Part shown: positions 32,309 to 41,618 of the stretch, in pieces
Layout: every line of letters starts with the position of its first letter
Position numbering within the stretch: the first letter of the stretch is position 1
Assembly (NCBI GenBank): GCA_001275005.1
Contig: JWZX01003073.1
Location: 1 to 64,000, forward strand
Length of the DNA stretch: 64,000 nucleotides
Direction of reading: 5' to 3'
DNA from: Chrysochromulina tobinii
Lineage: Eukaryota
Notes under the pieces: generated by a model
Database searches by the model: none
Told to the model about the DNA's origin: nothing
Seen by the model: only the letters and a program-made list of their open reading frames with translations
Translations under genes and position numbers: made by a program

Positions 32309-33496
32309 ATGAAGGAGAGAGCGAGAGCGAATCCTACGCTGGGCGCGGCGCTCAATCTAGCCAGTGCCTTCCTCTTCTCTATAGCCAGCCTCTTCGCCAA
32401 GGAGGTAATGATGGTGGGCATCACCGAGGGCACGCTCATCTTTGCAAGAGGCATTCTTGCGTGGACACTAAACGGGCTCATTGCAAAGGCGCAGGGCGAC
32501 CAATTCGTGCCAGTCATGTTCTTCCGGACCAGCAGCAGGCTGCGCTTGATTTTGGTTGCAAATGGCACCCTCAATTTTGTGTGTCTTCTCTCGTTTATGG
32601 TTGCAATGAATAGCTACGTGGACTTTGCAGACACATTTGGCATCCTCACCGGCGTCTACGCACTTTCGACGATGGCGTTCTCGAGGATGCTGGACAAATC
32701 TGAGCACGTTTCACTCGCCGAGCTCGTCGGCGCAGCCATCACCGTCGGTGGCGTCATCATCATTTCACAGCCTTCATGGCTCTTTGCCGCACGCAAGGGT
32801 GCCAGGCCTATCCACCCATTCGGCGTGTTCCTATGCGTGCTAGGCGGCGTCTTTGTCGGAGCCTATACTGTTGTGTGCCGCTACCTCGCCATGAACAACG
32901 TGTCGGGCGCGATGGTCAACTCGGCGGCCATGTGGGTCCTTTCTGTCCTCTCCCCCCTCACGCTCGCTGTGTGTGCCGTCTGCCTCGAGCAGACTCCGCA
33001 CTGGGCGCAGCTGCATCGACCAGAAGGAGGCTCTGCTTGGTCACTCCTGCTGGGCTATTGCGCCGCGATCACGAGCGCGCAGCTCGCCCTGATTACAAGT
33101 GTGCAGCACGTTCGAGCTGCCGTCGCCGCCATCCTAGGCACCATTGAGATCTTCTTCGCCTCCGTCCTCGGCATAGTCATCCTTGGCCAGCCCACCAACG
33201 CCCTTGCGATCCTAGGCAACATCGTCGTCTTTGCAGGCTGCGCCGTGGTCGCTTTGGGAGCGGCACGCGAGACGGAGGGCACTGCAGCAGTCGCCGTGCA
33301 GCCGGTGATCACGGCGCCTCGAGTAGCATTCTGCATCTCTGGCCTGGCGCGCTCCTTTGATGTGGAGCCACTCGACCACTCTGATCAGGCCGAGGAGGAG
33401 AAGGGAGAGGCGTGTGGGCTCCTGGCACAGGCACAGGCACGGCCGCGGCAGTGCCAGCCAGGGGGGGGTGCGATATTGTCCGGACATTCCAGGTAG
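32309..33496 (+). CDS. EamA / drug-metabolite transporter family membrane protein
   Basis: About 10 hydrophobic helices in two repeats; GGVIIISQPSWLF, AAILGTIEIFFASVLGIVILGQ. Confidence 0.8.
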   Translation: MKERARANPTLGAALNLASAFLFSIASLFAKEVMMVGITEGTLIFARGILAWTLNGLIAKAQGDQFVPVMFFRTSSRLRLILVANGTLNFVCLLSFMVAMNSYVDFADTFGILTGVYALSTMAFSRMLDKSEHVSLAELVGAAITVGGVIIISQPSWLFAARKGARPIHPFGVFLCVLGGVFVGAYTVVCRYLAMNNVSGAMVNSAAMWVLSVLSPLTLAVCAVCLEQTPHWAQLHRPEGGSAWSLLLGYCAAITSAQLALITSVQHVRAAVAAILGTIEIFFASVLGIVILGQPTNALAILGNIVVFAGCAVVALGAARETEGTAAVAVQPVITAPRVAFCISGLARSFDVEPLDHSDQAEEEKGEACGLLAQAQARPRQCQPGGGAILSGHSR

Positions 33497-33913
33497 AAGG
33501 GAGAGGCACGTGCCGCGCCACCGCCCCTGAACGCTGAAGCGCGAATCAGCGCCCCGCGCGCGCGCCGCCGGCGCGCACCGTTTTCCGTTTCGTGTGAATC
33601 GCAAAATTATAGCGCGCTTGAACCCACAAGCCTGCCATCAAGCTCTCTCCACATGTGTGCAGTGCTGCAGTGCGTCTCGAGGGCGAGGCACGAGGGAACT
33701 CGAGGGCTGGTCGGTAGTGTGGCTGGCCCTAAGACCTGCGCCGCAGCTGGATCTGCCCCTGCGTGAGCTCATCAAAGCTTGCACATCGCGGATCGCGTGT
33801 GAACGCGAAGTTTCAGTTGGTGTGAACTGAGATTTCGTAGAAGTCCGGCTTTCCTGCTGTACCGGCGGGATCGGCCCATTCGGTGACCGTGGGTGCACGT
33901 TCCGTTGTCAGCC

Positions 33914-34667
33914 ATGCAGCTTGCTACGGTCACGACATTACTACTTTCGGGGGGGGCATCTGCTTTCACGCTCAGCGCAGCTCCTGTCCTCCAGCAGCAG
34001 CTTGGTCACAGCGATCGATCATACCTACGCGCGGAGTTGCCTGCGATGCAAGGGAACTTTGAAGGGTTCAGCCTCGACACGCTGAAGCGCTCCTTTGAGA
34101 GGATGATCGACCTTAGGGTAGCCCGTCGCCTCGCACATCCTCGTACAAGGGCTTTGATGAGACAACACTGAGGCAGATGGAGCTAGTGGAAGGAGGATAT
34201 TGCCAACAGTCCTGAAAAATTCGCTGCGCGAGCGAAGCAGAGCTCCGTGTGCCCCTCGCGGCTGAAGAGCGGCGATCTCGGCTTTTTCACGCGCGGCAAA
34301 AGTATCGCACCGCCTCGGACCATCTCACACTGCTCAGCACGCGCCCTCTGCTGACCCTTTGTTGCACGAGTGTCTCCGCAGTGGTGAAAGAGTTCGACAA
34401 CGTCGTGTTCACGGCGGAGCCTGGCATGGTGCATGGACCCGTACGGACTGACGTGCGCTCTTCCGCCCGCCACGCTCGCCGCGATGACACCTCCCGATGA
34501 CACCTCCCGATGACACCTCCCGATGACACCTCCCGATGACACCTCCCGATGACACCTCTCGAGACCGCGAGTGGTGGCGTTGCAACCTGTGACAGTCTCC
34601 CCACTTGCGCCGTGAGCAGTTTGGATACCATCTCATCTTCATTCACTCGTGCCGCAAGCCCGAGTGA
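33914..34667 (+). CDS. Plastid-targeted parvulin (PpiC-type peptidyl-prolyl isomerase); introns 34302-34381 and 34453-34619; three apparent +1 insertions at ~34127-34184
   Basis: Leader MQLATVTTLLLSGGASA-F. Reconstructed ARASHILVK...FAARAKQSSVCPS..KSGDLGFFTRGK|MVKEFDNVVF...GPVRTD|FGYHLIFI. Not found intact in the ORF track. Confidence 0.8.
34482..34559 (+). repeat. Intronic 13-bp minisatellite (cgatgacacctcc) x6
   Basis: Five perfect units plus one with a terminal mismatch, inside parvulin intron 2. Confidence 0.95.
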
Positions 34668-35520
34668 TGCGGCCTTCTGCCTGCAAGGGCCGACTGCATG
34701 CGCTGCCCCCAACTGGCGATACTATAGGTTTCGTCACGGTAGATGAGAATCTGCGGGGTGCGTGAAGGGCGCGCCTTCTCTCCGGTGTGGATCAGCGCGT
34801 GGTCGCTAGGCTCGCGCACGGTTGACTCGCGGAGCACTGGCACATCTTCCTCCATGAGATCGCGCGAGATCGATGGCGTGATAGCGCGTTCCGGACCCCA
34901 CATGGCATGCGGTGTGCACATGTCGACATGTGAGCAATTCATGATATAAGGATCTGAGGAGCGCAATGCAGAACCCACCGATACTGACCGTTACCGGTAC
35001 CCGTCGACCGCACGACCGTGCCGGCAGGATCAGTCCTCCACTCGGCATTGCGATTTTTGGCTATTTGCGAGAACCGTGTCGTGGACTGTAACACTGTAAC
35101 TGGCGAAAACGTTTGGCGTTTGCGGCGCGCGGAACCGGCAAACAAACGGCAAACACGCGGAATGCCGCCCGCGCGCTCCCGTCCCGCTTGCGGCTTGCCG
35201 CTCGGGGCGCGTGTGGTGTTCCGTGACTGTTCCGGAGTTGCGCGCAGCGAGGCATGTTCCGACTCAAGTCAGGTATATTCATAAATAACAGACAGACCAT
35301 ACGGAAGCCTTTCGAATGTTGACTGGACTTGACTTGACTTGACTCTCTTGGGAACGGTTTTATTCACGGGAGTGCACTCTCGCAAAGCGCAAAGGCGACT
35401 CTCCGACTTGTCCGTGTCTGGCCGAGAGGGCCCACGAACGGTACCCGAGGGCCGACATCCTTCCCTGTTACTGGGTCTCTGGGCCTGCATCCAGATCGCA
35501 AGGCGGCGCCCCTTTTGCAC

Positions 35521-36177
35521 ATGATGAACGCCCTCTTCGTGCTGGGCTTGCTACTACCGCTCTCGCTGGGCGACTCTTTCGGGAAACGTTTCAGTGAGGT
35601 CCATGGGCAACGTTTCAGTGAGGTCCATGAGCTCACGGCACTCAATTTTGACAAGACGGCTGAGCCCAAGTCTGCGTGGCTAATCCTCTTTTACGCTCCA
35701 TGGTGTGGGCACTGCAAAAAGATGGCGCCAGACTTTGAGCGTTTGGCCGAGCACTACCATCGAGCGTCGCCACAGCGCGTGCACATTGGACGCGTCGACG
35801 CGACGCAGCACTCTGGCCTGGCGACTCGCTTCGACATCAAGGGTTACCCGACGCTCGTTCTCTTGCGTGGTGGCGAGCGCCTCGCCGATTACAGCGGCGA
35901 GCGCACTTTCGAAGCGTTAAGTCAGTTCGTGGACGAGCAGCTCTCCTTACCACCAAGCGCACCGCGCCCAGCGTCTCCGAAGACGGGCGCGCCAGCAGCA
36001 CGCGCGAAAAATCCCAAGAACGGCGCCGCTGCGTATTACCTGCACGCAAAGGAGGCGCTGAGCTGGGTCACCGACGATCCGTTCAGATTTGCAGGGTGCT
36101 GCCTCGCGACGGCCGTCGTCATCGGCGGCAGCTTCATCCTTGCACTTTTCGTCACGACAACTCCGTCGCCTCGATGA
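35521..36177 (+). CDS. Thioredoxin/PDI-family protein with signal peptide and C-terminal TM (TMX-like)
   Basis: FYAPWCGHCKK, FDIKGYPTLVLL, YSGERTFEAL; N-terminal signal peptide and C-terminal hydrophobic anchor. Confidence 0.92.
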   Translation: MMNALFVLGLLLPLSLGDSFGKRFSEVHGQRFSEVHELTALNFDKTAEPKSAWLILFYAPWCGHCKKMAPDFERLAEHYHRASPQRVHIGRVDATQHSGLATRFDIKGYPTLVLLRGGERLADYSGERTFEALSQFVDEQLSLPPSAPRPASPKTGAPAARAKNPKNGAAAYYLHAKEALSWVTDDPFRFAGCCLATAVVIGGSFILALFVTTTPSPR

Positions 36178-36438
36178 TTGTTCTCGTCGGTCAAACACTC
36201 TGACCTGTAACATGTGGGAGCACACTCGGAGAGTTCTGAGAATGTACATGTACCATCATGGGTGAGAGATAAATAACGACTCGCGCGCGCGCGTGCAAGC
36301 TCTTTAAGCCTTTACCGTGACTTGACTTTGTGTCTTGCTTTTGCATCATGCTTGAGATAAGAGAGGTCCTTTCGTCGAGCAAAGCCGCAAACTAGAAAGA
36401 CTAGAAACTTGTCAAGCTCCGTGTGAGGGCCAGCGACG

Positions 36439-37401
36439 ATGCAGGACCTTTTCGGTGATCTATCCGCTGCGGACACCGTGGAGCAGACGCTCTCGGTGCT
36501 CAACACGGCGCAGGTGTACAAGCTGCCGCCGCGGCCGTCGACGGCCGGCTGGCAGTGCGCAGATTGGCCGAAGACCAACCACATTTTCACTGGCCGTGTC
36601 ATGATCGTGGCCCTCGGCAAGCAATGCACCATCAAGCTCATCGACCCTAATACCGGCACCCTCTTTGCTCAGTGCCCTCTCGACAACGACAAGCCTGAGC
36701 TCTCGGTCGAGCCCGTCGTTGATAGCTCCCGCTACTTCGTGCTCCGCGTCTCCGATGGCTCTGGACGCTCCGCCTTCCTCGGCATCGGGTTCCTCGAGCG
36801 CAGCGACGCCTTCGAGTTCAACGTGACGCTGCAGGACCACGTGAAGCGGCTGAAGAACGAGGTGGAGGCGGCCAAGGTCGCGAGCGAGCCTCCGCCACCG
36901 GCTAAGGATTTGTCTCTCTCGGGTTCCATCAAGATCTCGGTCGGCGGTGTGGGCGGCTCCGGAAGCTCAAAGCCAAGGCCGGCGCCGGCCGCCGGAGGAG
37001 GGCTCATCGCTCTCGGCGCGCCTCCGGGGGGTCTCGGCGCGCCTCCGAGCGGCGGGCGCAGACGACCCGTTGCCGGCGCGCCTGCCGACGCGCCTGCACC
37101 CGCCGCTGCGTTTGGTAGTGACCCCTTCGGTGGTGCGTTCGCGCCTGCGCCCGCCTCCGCCGCTGACCCCTTCGGCGGTGCTTTCGGCAGCGCCCCGTTC
37201 GGCTCTTCGACTCCTACGGCACCGCCGGCGGCGCCGGCCTTCGGCGCCGACCCTTTCGGCTCGATGGCGGCCTTTGCGCCGGCGCCGGCCGCTGCCAGCG
37301 GGAGTGCGTTGGCCGACTTGTCCGCTGCCTTCGGGGACTCGAAACCCTTTGGGGACGCCCCGGCGGCGGGCAGTGCAGGGGGGTGGACGAACTTTGGCTG
37401 A
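36439..37401 (+). CDS. NECAP: Adaptin ear-binding coat-associated protein (NECAP)
   Basis: PHear domain VYKLPPR..GWQCADW, VEPVVDSSRYFVLRV, AFLGIGFLERSDAFEFNVTLQDH; DPF repeats; C-terminal WTNF. Confidence 0.93.
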   Translation: MQDLFGDLSAADTVEQTLSVLNTAQVYKLPPRPSTAGWQCADWPKTNHIFTGRVMIVALGKQCTIKLIDPNTGTLFAQCPLDNDKPELSVEPVVDSSRYFVLRVSDGSGRSAFLGIGFLERSDAFEFNVTLQDHVKRLKNEVEAAKVASEPPPPAKDLSLSGSIKISVGGVGGSGSSKPRPAPAAGGGLIALGAPPGGLGAPPSGGRRRPVAGAPADAPAPAAAFGSDPFGGAFAPAPASAADPFGGAFGSAPFGSSTPTAPPAAPAFGADPFGSMAAFAPAPAAASGSALADLSAAFGDSKPFGDAPAAGSAGGWTNFG

Positions 37402-38560
37402 GCGAGGCGGGTGTACCCACCGCGGTGCGTGTGCCAGTTCGCACCGTGGCGCGCGCGCGCGCGCGTGACTCTCATTGGCTCTGGCCCAGGGCGGCGTCAC
37501 GGGCTGTGGAAGGGGAGCGTCGTCTCGGGCGTCCAGATGTCTACCGGAACCGTCGAGGAGCTTCGAGCGCACGGTCTGCGCAACCGCAATCACGCATAGC
37601 CGCACCGCCGCGGCGGCGACGCGAGTCGCGAGAAGAGATGCGAACACCAGAGTCCCAGTGTGCATGCATGGATGCATGGATGGAGATGTGTGCTGGATGG
37701 GATGGGGCCAGGCGTGGACGGCCCCGCACCGCCCCGAGAGCAGTGTGGCAGTGGTGCGGAGTGTAGAGTCGGCACGGGAGATGGGCCACGCGGCTAGGGG
37801 CCGCTAGGCCGTGAGGCGTGAAAAACGTCGTTACCGTACCGCTACTATGTACTACGCCCCGACGAAACGTTGCTACGGTATACTACCGTACCACGGCGGT
37901 ACACGCGACACGGTCGACACACTTAATCAGCACCCATTCACACCGTACGTCCGGACCACGGCTCGCCAGGGCGCAGGGGGCCGGCGGCGGGGCGGCGCTA
38001 AAACGTAATACGTATTTTCGCACGGCGGCGCGGGGGTACTAGTACGGCGTACCGGTAAGCTTCACGACCGGCCGGGCCGGGCTTTATTTCCGCGGATCAG
38101 ACACGCCGCGCGCGGACCGGCGCGGACCGGAGTCCGGACGCGGAAGGATCGCTATTCGCGTCGCTTCCCGGCGCGTTTCGCGGTTCGGCCTTCCGTTGAC
38201 CGTTCCTCCTGCCGCGCCCGGGGAGATGCACCCGCCCGATACAGCGCGCCTGGGAAGATGCGCCCGGTACAGCGCGCCCGGGGAGATGCACCCGCCACGC
38301 GGTACGGCGTGCCCGCGCCGGCGCGTCACAGTTCGCTTCGCGTTCCCGTCCGGGCACGGAGCAGTAAGTAGTGCTGTCACTGTCGCCGCCGTAGCCGTAA
38401 AGTAAAGCGTCTCACCTCCGCCCTTCCACCAGCGCGCCGTGGTGAGCGCATCGTGAGCGCGCCGTGAGCGCCGTCCTGAGCACGGCCCCTCCGCCCTCTC
38501 ACCAGCGCGCGCCACTTACGTCACGCACGCGGCGCTCACCACGGTGCTCTCACCTGCCGC

Positions 38561-41380
38561 TCAGCCTCCCCCTCCTCCGTGCTTGGCCTCCTCATAGGGC
38601 ACATTGGGGAAGACGCTCCGCTCGGTAGGCGCGCGGCACCCGTCATGAGCGCCGTCCTGTGGGGAGTGGGGAGGGGGGAGGGGGTGCGCCGTGGTGAGCG
38701 CGCCGTCCTGAGCACACCCCGCCTCGGGCCCATCCTGTAGACGCGCCGTATCGGGCACAGGTACGGGCGCGCCCCCCTCGGACAAGCCCGGAGACAGCGG
38801 CGCCGCTCCGGGTGGCAGTACGAGGAGCTGGCGGTCGTCACGCCCAGCGCTCTGCGAGAGCAGTCGAACGACGACCACGCCGCGCTGCGTGAGCATCTCC
38901 ACCATCTTCTGCTCAACACCACGCTCGTTGATCAGGATGGCATGCACGCCGTGCGTCGTGAGCAGGGCCGCCAGCACATCGGCTGTGGGCTCGTCGGTGC
39001 AATGGACGAGCACATTTGAGATAAGGCAGACCTCGAGTCCATCGCACGCTGCGTCCGCGTGCGCGCTCGCCGCGAGCACCGCCACTCCCGCGTGCGCGTC
39101 CCACTGCGCGAACGAATACGTCGCCGATGAGCTGGGACCGCGCAGCGCCTTCACGTACGGCTCCCACGAAGGCTGCAAGTCAAGGCTCACCAGGTGTAGT
39201 GCGGGCAGCTGCGGCATCGTACGCGCCGAAGCGGGCGCGGCGCGAGCCTCGGCGGACGTGAAGTGGTTACGGGAGGCGGTTACGCCAGCCTCGGCGGCCG
39301 CTGCGGGAGGCGGCGGGGGCGCTGGCGGCAAGGAAGTGGTTACGGTGGCGAAGGCGCCCTCTGGTGCGCGTGGGGGCCCGGTCTCCATGGCAGCCATTGC
39401 AGCCGTGGCGGCATCAATCAGTTGACTCATTTCCGGGTAATTCATGAGTTTCTTGGCACGGGCGGCGGAGATCCACACGTAGTCTGCGATCTCTCCAGCT
39501 TCAATGGTGATCTGTGCCCCTGAAACGTACTCGGCTAAGAAATAGACGCTCGTCTTGTTGCTCTTGCGCTTGCTGTCCCAATAAGACGTGCGAAAAATGG
39601 GTGTCGGTTGGGCACTGTTGTTCAAGAACGTGTAGCCCGTCAGCTCCTCCAGAGAAGTCTCTTCCATCGTCTCTCGCTTTGCTCCGTCGAGCTCATTTTC
39701 TCCATAGTTCAACCTGCCTTTCGGTGGTGTCCACCCCATACCGCCGGTTCTCGACTGAACCAAGAGGAATTCTGCTTGATGGTCTGGCTCACATCGTCGA
39801 AAGATCACGATGCCAGCAGCAGCATCGCGGCGGCGAAGGTCAGCGGCAGCGGGCTCAGCGGCGAGGGTGTTCGTGAGGCGCGACTGCATCCGTTCCTTTG
39901 CGCGGGTGAGCGCGCTGTCGACCGCGCCCGCGTTGCCGAATTGGGGGTTCATGCGCTCGCGAGCGAGGTTGGCTACGGCGTCCTCGGCTCCTGCCGACCC
40001 AGTGACGAAACTCGACCCAGTGACGAAACTCGACCCAGTGACGAAACTCGACCCAGTGACGAAGCTCGACCCAGAGACGAAACTCGATCCGAGCAGCCAC
40101 GCCGCTTGCTCGTCAGTCGTGCCGCGCCCAACGGCTGCCCAAAACTGGAGAAACCATTCGAAGGCGAGCAGCTCATAGCCCGGACCGCCGCCGAGGGCAG
40201 CGACGCGCAGACGCGCCGGGGGCGCAGCCCCATCGCCTGCGGCCCCAACGCCCGCGGCAGCCCCGGCCCCAACGCCCGCGGCAGCCCCGGCCCCAACGCC
40301 CGCGGCAGCCCCGGCCCCAACGCCCGTGGCAGCCCCGGCCCCAACGCCCGTGGCAGCCCCGGCCCCAACGCCCGTGGCAGCCCCGGCCCCAACGCCCGTG
40401 GCAGCGCCGCCAGCGGCACCGGCACCGGCACCGGCACCGCCGGGACGCGTCAGGTAGCGATCCAAGACGCCGCAGCGCGCGGCGCGCTCGTACAGGGCCC
40501 ACGACTCGGTGAAGCGCTGGAGGGACTTGAGGCGCAGGTAGATGGCCTGAAGGCCTGGGTGTGCGTACTCATCATCAGACCAAGTCCCTTTGCCCCTCGA
40601 GGACTTCATGGTGGGTTTGTCCACATAGAGCGCCTCGCCGTGCCGGATCATGGCCTCCACGTCGCCGGTCGCCTCGATGCGCTCTCGGCTGAGCTGGTTG
40701 ACGCGCACGTTGGTGGCGAGCAGGCCGCGCAGCAGCGGCAGCGCCTCAGGGCCAGCGGTGAAAGGGTACTTGCGACCCTCATCCTGGAAATAGCGCACGC
40801 TCCCGTCCGCGAGCTCGTACACCATGCCATCCTCGTCGACGCGCACGCCGCCGTCCACGTCCTCGCCCTCGTGCAGCGCGGCCTGCATCTCGCGTCCGAT
40901 GGAGCCGAAGCGAGACGGCGCGCCCTTGGGACGGCGCGAGGAGCCTCCACCGCCACCCCCACTGCGCTCGTCGAAGCGACCACCGCCACCCGCACTGCGC
41001 TCGTCGAAGCGACCACCGCCACCGCCGCCTTCGAAACGGCTGCCGCCTCCACCATCAACTCGCCCTTTGCCGCTCGAGAAGCGCCCGCCACCTCCTCCGC
41101 GCTCTTCGAGGCGCTCGCCTCTTCCGCCGTCGGGTCGTCCACCGCCACCAAAGCGATCCCCGCCACCACCGCCATGGACGCGGCCTTCTCCAGCGCCGCC
41201 ATCGAAGCGCCCTCCGCCACTCCTGCCCTGCTCATCTGGTCGTGCAAAGCGGCGGCAGCCCTCGCCTCGATTGGAGTCCCCCCGATTAGAGAAGCGGGCA
41301 CTCGCTGGAGCATCATCTCCGTGGGGTGTGCCACCGCCGCCCGCAGGCCGGTTGCGCAGGTGTGGAGGTACATACGCCAT
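38561..41380 (-). CDS. RGG-rich protein with SAM-methyltransferase-like fold interrupted by an Ap4A-hydrolase-type NUDIX domain
   Basis: N-terminal MAYVPPHLRN + RGG/RFD repeats; motif I LRVAALGGGPGYEL; Nudix box WTPPKGRLNYGENELDGAKRETMEET; then LVSLDLQPSW, FAQWD, CLISNVLVHC, AILINERG. Confidence 0.75.
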   Translation of the reverse strand: MAYVPPHLRNRPAGGGGTPHGDDAPASARFSNRGDSNRGEGCRRFARPDEQGRSGGGRFDGGAGEGRVHGGGGGDRFGGGGRPDGGRGERLEERGGGGGRFSSGKGRVDGGGGSRFEGGGGGGRFDERSAGGGGRFDERSGGGGGGSSRRPKGAPSRFGSIGREMQAALHEGEDVDGGVRVDEDGMVYELADGSVRYFQDEGRKYPFTAGPEALPLLRGLLATNVRVNQLSRERIEATGDVEAMIRHGEALYVDKPTMKSSRGKGTWSDDEYAHPGLQAIYLRLKSLQRFTESWALYERAARCGVLDRYLTRPGGAGAGAGAAGGAATGVGAGAATGVGAGAATGVGAGAATGVGAGAAAGVGAGAAAGVGAGAAAGVGAAGDGAAPPARLRVAALGGGPGYELLAFEWFLQFWAAVGRGTTDEQAAWLLGSSFVSGSSFVTGSSFVTGSSFVTGSSFVTGSAGAEDAVANLARERMNPQFGNAGAVDSALTRAKERMQSRLTNTLAAEPAAADLRRRDAAAGIVIFRRCEPDHQAEFLLVQSRTGGMGWTPPKGRLNYGENELDGAKRETMEETSLEELTGYTFLNNSAQPTPIFRTSYWDSKRKSNKTSVYFLAEYVSGAQITIEAGEIADYVWISAARAKKLMNYPEMSQLIDAATAAMAAMETGPPRAPEGAFATVTTSLPPAPPPPPAAAAEAGVTASRNHFTSAEARAAPASARTMPQLPALHLVSLDLQPSWEPYVKALRGPSSSATYSFAQWDAHAGVAVLAASAHADAACDGLEVCLISNVLVHCTDEPTADVLAALLTTHGVHAILINERGVEQKMVEMLTQRGVVVVRLLSQSAGRDDRQLLVLPPGAAPLSPGLSEGGAPVPVPDTARLQDGPEAGCAQDGALTTAHPLPPPHSPQDGAHDGCRAPTERSVFPNVPYEEAKHGGGGG
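39995..40402 (-). repeat. Coding minisatellites: 18-bp (GSSFVT) x5 and 24-bp (GVGAGAAT/A) x6-7
   Basis: gacccagtgacgaaactc units at ~39996-40090; gccccaacgcccg(c/t)ggcagccccg units at ~40242-40402. Confidence 0.95.
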
Positions 41381-41618
41381 TTGGCTCCGCGCCGGCGGAC
41401 TTCGGCTCCGTCCGCCTCGGGGCCCTCGGGTGTGGATGTGTGAATTGAGGCTCTTCACACTCCTATAGTTTCATGCCATAAATGTACCAGTCCGTTCAGT
41501 TGATCAGACAATGCACACTCTGAACGAGCTCTGAACCCCCAGTCATTTCGATACAGTAGCGCGAGACCGGGCGCGGGGCGCCGCGCGTTTGCACACGCCC
41601 AAGAGCGGTTCAGCTCCG

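Noticed and set aside
34482..34559. Regular short repeats (also 39995-40402 and 42049-42098) as CRISPR arrays
   Set aside because: Units are directly adjacent with no unique spacers, there are no cas genes, and the context is eukaryotic.
39608..41443. Long antisense/alternative-frame ORFs (e.g. 39608-41443, 3719-4660, 19756-20928, 27456-28391)
   Set aside because: Shadows of GC-rich coding sequence and coding repeats; low-complexity Arg/Ala/Pro translations without domain motifs.
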